A DNA stretch of 64,000 bases from Macrostomum lignano (lineage: Eukaryota). The translations under genes were made by a program, and so were the position numbers. The notes below the pieces were generated by a model. The model ran no database searches. It was not told where the DNA came from and saw nothing but the letters and a program-made list of their open reading frames with translations. Shown piece by piece: positions 57,270 through 64,000 of the stretch (its first letter is position 1; every line of letters starts with the position of its first letter). The DNA lies in NCBI GenBank assembly GCA_002269645.1, contig NIVC01000063.1, positions 1 through 64,000 of the forward strand, read 5' to 3'.

Positions 57270-59213
57270 GTTAGTTTTTCTCTTGTTGAATCGGAAGTCT
57301 AAACACAGGACTGATACAGTGATAGCTCTGGGTGTTAAACTAATGGCCTGTGCCACTCGCCCTGCTTGCAGTTTGTTGTTTTAACGGCTCACACGCGGAA
57401 TGAGTCAGTATAAGGGAGGCAGTAGCCGTTGGCTAACAAGGGCAATATAGGAGGGTTGAGTTAGTTTCCTTTGAATGCTTTTGATGGATAGATGAGGAAT
57501 AGAATGGGAAGGCCCTCCTCTAAATGCACGCAAGGAAAAGAGGAGGGGAACCAAGCAGCAACCCCTTCCGCTCCGTTCACCTCCCTCTGAAATGGGCCTT
57601 CTCCCTGTCCTCTCTGTCCCCTTTTTTCTCAAGTCTGTGTTTCATTCGCTGGGGCCTTCCGCCAATCCAAGCTAAATTGCGCAGTGGCAGTTCAGTTCAG
57701 TGGGAGGGGTTGCTTTGTTATGCCCCCACCCACCCTACCCTCGACCGGGCGGGCGTCAAAACCACCCACCACCCCAATCTGGGGCGCCGCTCAGTTTCTC
57801 TCTCCCGCGCAGTCCCCGATTAGTCACGTGGTTTTCACTTTGTGAAACGAAGGCTTAAAGGATTAAGAGACCCTCAATTTGCCCCAATTTTCCTTGTTAT
57901 GTGGTATGTGGACTCAGCTAGGCGGTGTACAGTAGTCTGTAAAGGCCAACCCAACCACCTATATCTTGAATCTAGATTCTAGTATCTAGATCGTTTCTTT
58001 CCTCTTCTGAGCAAATCGTTCAGCTACCCTGCCAGAAATTATTCCCACTCTCATTCTCACACAAAGAATCCAGTTATACGTGCCCGTGCTTGTGCTTGTG
58101 GCTCACTATTTTTACAACCAACACATTTTATTATATGATGTAATGTCGACATTTTTACACATTTAACGGTGCCTTTAGGCTGCGCTATACTCGTATCAGT
58201 CCAACTACGAGCTAATTATCGACTTGGAAGTTTAGCGCTAAGATCCTAAGCTGCGCTCTCGTACAACATTAGTCAAAAGTCTCAAGCGCTAATTGCCTAA
58301 ATACGAGCTAAGGCTAATTATCATCACGATAATTGAGCTTAGAAATTCAGAAGCCCCTTTCTCTTGGACTAATTTCACTGATTAAACAATTACAAGAACA
58401 AATTAAATTTATTTGTAGCTCGCGCCCAGTGTGCGAAAGGCAAGGCTGAAGGCTGCCTGCCCCCTCTTTGTACGCCCCTCGTGTGCCCTCCTTTCTCTCA
58501 GCTCAGCCTATTTTGCCGAATATTGAATGTCACGCAAACTTCTGCCAATTTTCTCACGACGAGACCTCAAAGAAGGCCGGGTTTTTCAAGAAGATAGTCA
58601 CAGAACGTCAGAAGTGACGGTTAGTTCAAAGCCCACTGAGGCTTGGGAAGAAGATGCTGTTCAAATTTCACATGCCTGACTAAGACTTACATGCGGATTG
58701 TTCAGTTCACGCACTTTCTGCTTCTGCTGCCTTTCATCTAAATGAATGAAGCCCTAAAACTAAAATAGCAAACAGGCACAGTTGTTATAAACTTTGCGTG
58801 CATTAGTAGTACCTTGCGAATACTGCTGCTTTAATTAAATTAGGATGACTAATTAGTCTAGTTCAAGCGCGAAATTCGCATTTATAGTGTTTTTTTAATT
58901 TCCAACTACATGTAAGCACATCTATGATGCTAGCTAACATAGTTAAAGTGAATACTCCAGTTTATATGATCGCAGTTTCTCCCCTAAACTCATTGGCTAA
59001 GATTTGAGTAGGGAGGAAGCCAGCAGGGGAGGGGTTTTGGCTCTCCATCCCTATTTCCCGTCTCCTATGACCAAGCAAGAAATCGAATTCATCATTCATT
59101 TCGAGCTTTCGAAGACCAATTGGATTACAGTTTATACAGTATCGCCCGTGGTTTCTATATACTCTCCTTTCATTTTCTATTCATTGTTTTTGTGGGAGTT
59201 CTGACTCTCCCTG

Positions 59214-59908
59214 CAGACACCCATTGCCTCTCCCTGACACCCATTGCCTCTCCCTGACACCCATGGCCTCTCCCTGACACCCATTTGCCTCTCCCCAACA
59301 CCCATGGCCTCTCCCTAACACCCATTGCATCTCCCTGACACTCATTTGCCTCTCCCCGACACCCATTTGCCTCTCCCCGACACCCATTTGCCTCTCCCTG
59401 ACACCCATTGCCTCTCCCTGACACCCATTTGCCTCTCCCTGACACCCATTTGCCTCTCCCTGACACCCATTGCCTCTCCCTGACACCCATTTGCCTCTCC
59501 CTGACACCCATTTGCCTCTCCCGGACACCCATTTGCCTCTCCCTGACACCCATTTGCCTCTCCCTGACACCCATTGCCTCTCTCTGACACCCATTTGCCT
59601 CTCCCTGACACACATTGCCTCTCCCTGACACCCATTGCCTCTCCCTGACACCCATTTGCCTCTCCCCGACACCCATTTGCCTCTCCCTGACACCCATTTG
59701 CCTCTCCCTGACACCCATTTGCCTCTCCCTGACACCCATTTGCCTCTCCCTGACACTCATTTGCCTCTCCCTGACACCCATTTGCCTCTCCCTGACACTC
59801 ATTTGCCTCTCCCCGACACCCATTTGCCTCTCCCTGACACCCATTTGCCTCTCCCTGACACCCATTTGCCTCTCCCTGACACCCATTTGCCTCTCCCTGA
59901 CACCCATT
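59214..59908. repeat. 20-21-bp minisatellite (CTGACACCCATTTGCCTCTCC)n, ~33 units
   Basis: Seen directly. Confidence 0.95.
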
Positions 59909-62900
59909 CCCTCCTTTAACATCATTCTCCTACCTGATACTCACCGTGACCTCCCCCCTGACAACCTCTAAGGCTCTTTTTCTGATACGACCAATCCAAT
60001 AATGCCAGCCTAGTATTAAGATGTCTGGTAGGAATTTCGTGATTAAAATGGTGTTTAAATAGGGTACAAAGTTGCATGTGGGTTTGCTTGTTTTCCAAAT
60101 AAACTTTCTAGAACCTTAAAATCTGAAACTGCATAAATTGTATTATTCCGACGTATGGATTTATTAACCCCGGTTAGCACACTCCTGTATTTGAAATTGT
60201 AGGCGTAGCTATAGTTAAATGATTCATTTTAGACACCGACATGCTTCTTTTGACTTCTGCGCAGGAAGGCATTTCGCGTGTACAAATTATTGCGAATGAT
60301 TAAAAAATGAATTTGTCACAGCTGTTGCACAAATCAGTGCTTAAAGTTTGGCCGCACTTTTAAACGATTTCGTGGGAAAAATAACATTCAGCTCTCTGCT
60401 CGACAGTTAAATTTCACCATACGACATCATTTGTCTCCTTCATTTGTGTCCCCGTTAGATAAATATTTTCATTGGGTATAGTGTACATGTAATTCATAAT
60501 TAATCCCCCAGCTTCAAAATCTCTAGACTTTCCTATCCCGAACTTCCCAAGGGGATTCAGGATTGTGAAAGCAACCCACAACATTCTATAAACTTCCCGT
60601 GTGTTTCAAAGCAACCTTCCGATGCACGCCGACACAAAGTTCAATTCGTGTTAAAGTAAAAAAATTCGCCCAGCGATTCTATGCAGGGCCGGGGCGCTTT
60701 CACATTTGTCAGCCAACAAGCATGATTCCGAAGAATCGGATTCGGAATCCTTGATCTTTCCTTGGCGTTGTATGTGTGGCTTCTCAAGCGATTTCTCTTA
60801 TTTTGCTCCTCGGCTCAGCTTTGACCCCGGGGGGGAATTCGCGGGGGCAGATCGAGAAGCTAGCTGACTCAACGATATTCACGCAGATCTAGCGGTGGGC
60901 ATCTCTGATCAAATTAGTCCGTTCGACTTCTCTTGCACCCGCCTTCCCCCGAAAAATCCAGAAATGAGAATGAGTATTCTCAGATACTTTCAGTTGCGAC
61001 TTGCGAGCTATGCCGCTTGAGTTGCTTCACTCGTTGTTGGCCTGTCTTTGCATTTACATGTAAGGCCTTTTGCTGCTTTTTGTCTCTTCAATCTTTTTTC
61101 TGATCCAAGCCATGCATCAGATACGATCTATCTATTCCTATTTAACCCGCAGTACGAACCAGACAGGGGCACTTTAAGGACCACTACGGAAGTAATAGAA
61201 TGGCACATTTCTTTTTTTTCGAAAAAATCGATGATGCTCATTATCGGAACAGAAATTCTAACTACTAGCGGCACATGTTCATGTGCATGATATCGTGTAA
61301 CAGCGCATCTGCTTGTGGCTCCTTGCACAAAAATTGGCCTTGTTGGACTTGTCGTGCAATTCCCCATTTTCGCTCATAAGGGCCAATCGCTGTACACTCG
61401 TAGACCAGCATACGGCTCATACGTGCAGGTCCGAACGCTATTAAAGTCAGCGAAAGTAAATGTTTGAAAACAGAGCCAATATAAACATTATCTTTTAAAT
61501 TAACGCTATAGTATAATATTTGAACTGCTAAAATATGCCAATACATTTACTATTTTCCTTTTTAGTTCTACAACAAATGTAACTGACAAAGATAGCTAAT
61601 TAAAAGTGATTTTTTGCTCTTCAGTACTGGCAAAAATGTATAGTGAAAATGGCACGCCAAAAAGGTGACAAAAGTAGTATAACAAGTATAGCACGTTGGT
61701 GTTTTAAAAATAGCACATAATTGACACCGTTTAGCCGCAGTAATTCAGGGGTGGTTAAGTCAGTCCCTATAGTCCAATACAGGTCCATATTACTCATCAT
61801 ATTTAATATCGAAGTATACATTATAAATACATTGCACACTAAATCCGTGCATTTGCTGAGAACTTAAAAGAGATTGACAAAAAATTAGAGAGGAGGCTAG
61901 TGATGGAAAATCCAGAGTAGGTGTACTTAGTGAACTGGAAGCTATCAGCTGTAATAGCTGCTGTTTCAGGCATTCATTTGTTAAAAACAAACAAAGCGAA
62001 TCGTTCACATTTGAAAATTGCACTTGGGGTAAAGGTGGTGAATTTTACACAATTGAGCCCTAATTTACATATGCATATGTAGGACATCGCAATCAGTTTG
62101 GTACAAAGGACGCATGACAGAGAAGTACGAAAGTTGTGTTCAAATTCACAAACCAAATTCTAGGCGGCAATATCAATGCATTATAATTGGAAACGATAAG
62201 TTTGTTTTACTCAAAGCCGAAAAGAATCGCGGGAAACGCTAAGTACAAACGTATTTTGCGCACTTCTAACTGTTTGGAGATAACTAGAGAGTTTACAACA
62301 GGAAAGCAGAGCAAAAACGATTGGCTAACAGTTGTAAATTTTCAAGTCAATAAAGTTGAAGGGGAAGTACTCGTACTGATGGGAAAGTGTGCTACTTATA
62401 GCGAGTGCAATAATGTACAGAATTGGGTAGTTGATATAAACGAGAATAGAATATAATCATAAGCACATGGTGTTTTAAATTGCTGGTTTTTGGCTCTCTT
62501 GCCTTTGGCGCCTATTGGTTTAAGGGGAAGTTTTTTCACAGCTTCTTATTCTGTAGGGAAAAGAAGTTATACGAAGGGAAGTTCATTTAAACAAAACAAA
62601 TCAATCAATCGACTGGAGCAACGAAACGGCTCCTGTTGGGAAATTTTACAGAACCAATGACACGAGCGAATATTGTATGACAAAGGCAAACTACTTTCGA
62701 CAAAAATGGTACATTACGTTTACGTTATGATGCGGATTCGAATTAAAAGACGGTTCATTTTATGGATTGAAACTAGAAATACGTTTTTATGTATGGTTTT
62801 AACTGAGTAAGAGGGACAAACGTATTCTCAATAACACTGAAAGGTGAGGATTGTACCTTTAGTAAGGTTGGTTTTCTAGTATACTACGAGTAATTTATCT

Positions 62901-63017
62901 GAGATTCTTGAACTTCCTGTTTCCAGACCTAATGATCGTACAAAACAAAGGCCTAGTCTTCCTCTCACTGATTATTTTTAACACAATCTATGATAGTCTC
63001 GGCCAGGTAAAGGACAG

Positions 63018-64000
63018 TCACACCAACTGCAGATGGTCGTAGCTCGCCCCCCGTTTCTCATCAATGAACGGCAGAGTGAAGCCCTCGCCGTAGGATGAAC
63101 TGCAACGGAAGGTGCCAATCTCGCCGCCGCGCATTTGCAATTCGATTGAGCGTCGGCGACGCCTAACAACGCCGGAGCCGCCGCTGCTAGTAACAGCGCC
63201 GCTGTCTAGCACTGAGAACTGATGCTGCTGAGCCTTGTTCCGACGAACTATGCACACTAGGCCGATGATAATGGCGACAAACAGCAGGGAGGAAAGCAGG
63301 ATGACGCTCATTAAAACTAGGTCTTCCCTAGTTAGCTTCATGCCTCCAGCCTGAGCCAGGCCGTCGACTCCTTCTGTTGGCGCTGTGGCGTTAAAATCGA
63401 CAGTTGATGAATTACCTGGTTCGATCGCTTCAGGTACTGCCTTGGTGGTGGCTGCAGTAGTTGTAATCTTTATTGTTGCTGGACCTGCCCTCCCTGAACC
63501 GCCGGCTCTTACAGGCTTTGTTGTAGCCTGAACTCCGACTGTTGTTAGCTTCTCAGTAGCTGTAGTAGACTGAGTTGTTGATGCCGGTTTAAGTTTGGTG
63601 GTGGTCGCGGCTGGTGATTCTGTTGTACGAATTTTCACTTCCAACGTTGTTGTTGCTTCAAGAGAAGTTTTTATAGATGTTGTTGATTGAATCTTCGTTG
63701 CAGGTATCTCAGTTGTCTTTGATGCCATTTTTGATGCCTCGGTTGTTGTTTTACCTTCTGTTGTAATCAATGCGGCCTTTGTTGTTGTTAGCGTCTCAGT
63801 TACTGTTGTTGGTGCCGCAGTTGTTGGTGCTTCAGTTGTTGTAGTTTTTGGTGCCTCAGTTGTTTTTGTTGTTGTTTCTGTAGGTGCCTCGGTAGTAGTA
63901 ATTGTTGTAGTTGTTGGTTTTTCAGTTGCTACAGTTGTTGGCGCCTCGGTAGTAGTTGTTGTTTTGGTTGTTGGTTCCTCAGTTGTCTTTGTAGTGGTTT
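63018..64000 (-). CDS. Mucin-like single-pass membrane protein, 3' part (5' end lies outside the window)
   Basis: The frame stays open to the window edge (TTEEPTTKTTTTTEAP...). Thr-rich ectodomain, TM LVLMSVILLSSLLFVAIIIGLVCIV, RRNK stop-transfer, tail ending SYDHLQLV. Confidence 0.8.
   Translation of the reverse strand, partial: TTTKTTEEPTTKTTTTTEAPTTVATEKPTTTTITTTEAPTETTTKTTEAPKTTTTEAPTTAAPTTVTETLTTTKAALITTEGKTTTEASKMASKTTEIPATKIQSTTSIKTSLEATTTLEVKIRTTESPAATTTKLKPASTTQSTTATEKLTTVGVQATTKPVRAGGSGRAGPATIKITTTAATTKAVPEAIEPGNSSTVDFNATAPTEGVDGLAQAGGMKLTREDLVLMSVILLSSLLFVAIIIGLVCIVRRNKAQQHQFSVLDSGAVTSSGGSGVVRRRRRSIELQMRGGEIGTFRCSSSYGEGFTLPFIDEKRGASYDHLQLV

Overview
Eukaryotic (metazoan) genomic DNA with spliced genes. 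The repeat landscape suggests an invertebrate such as a free-living flatworm, but that is inference only. Left third: three class C GPCR genes (mGluR/CaSR-like: Venus flytrap, 9-Cys domain, 7TM). Copy A is on the minus strand and frameshifted; copies B and C are on the plus strand and intact. The three are a patchwork of near-identical and strongly diverged blocks. Middle: a 4-exon SPRING1/C12orf49 orthologue, followed 220 bp later by an unrecognised 6-exon gene with an 18-nt micro-exon. Right end: two minus-strand type I membrane protein genes, one C-type-lectin-like and one mucin-like that runs off the window. The rest is dense in mobile DNA (hAT-like and other MITEs with TSDs, a foldback element in a solo LTR, a deleted P/THAP element, mariner, Tc1 and Gypsy remnants, two tRNA-SINE copies) and about 11-12 kb of micro/minisatellite, which explains most of the long spurious ORFs. 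Top observations: a minimal hammerhead ribozyme placed between pol III A- and B-box-like motifs, the block-wise homogenised GPCR cluster, and a three-level nested transposon whose empty site is visible in the same window.
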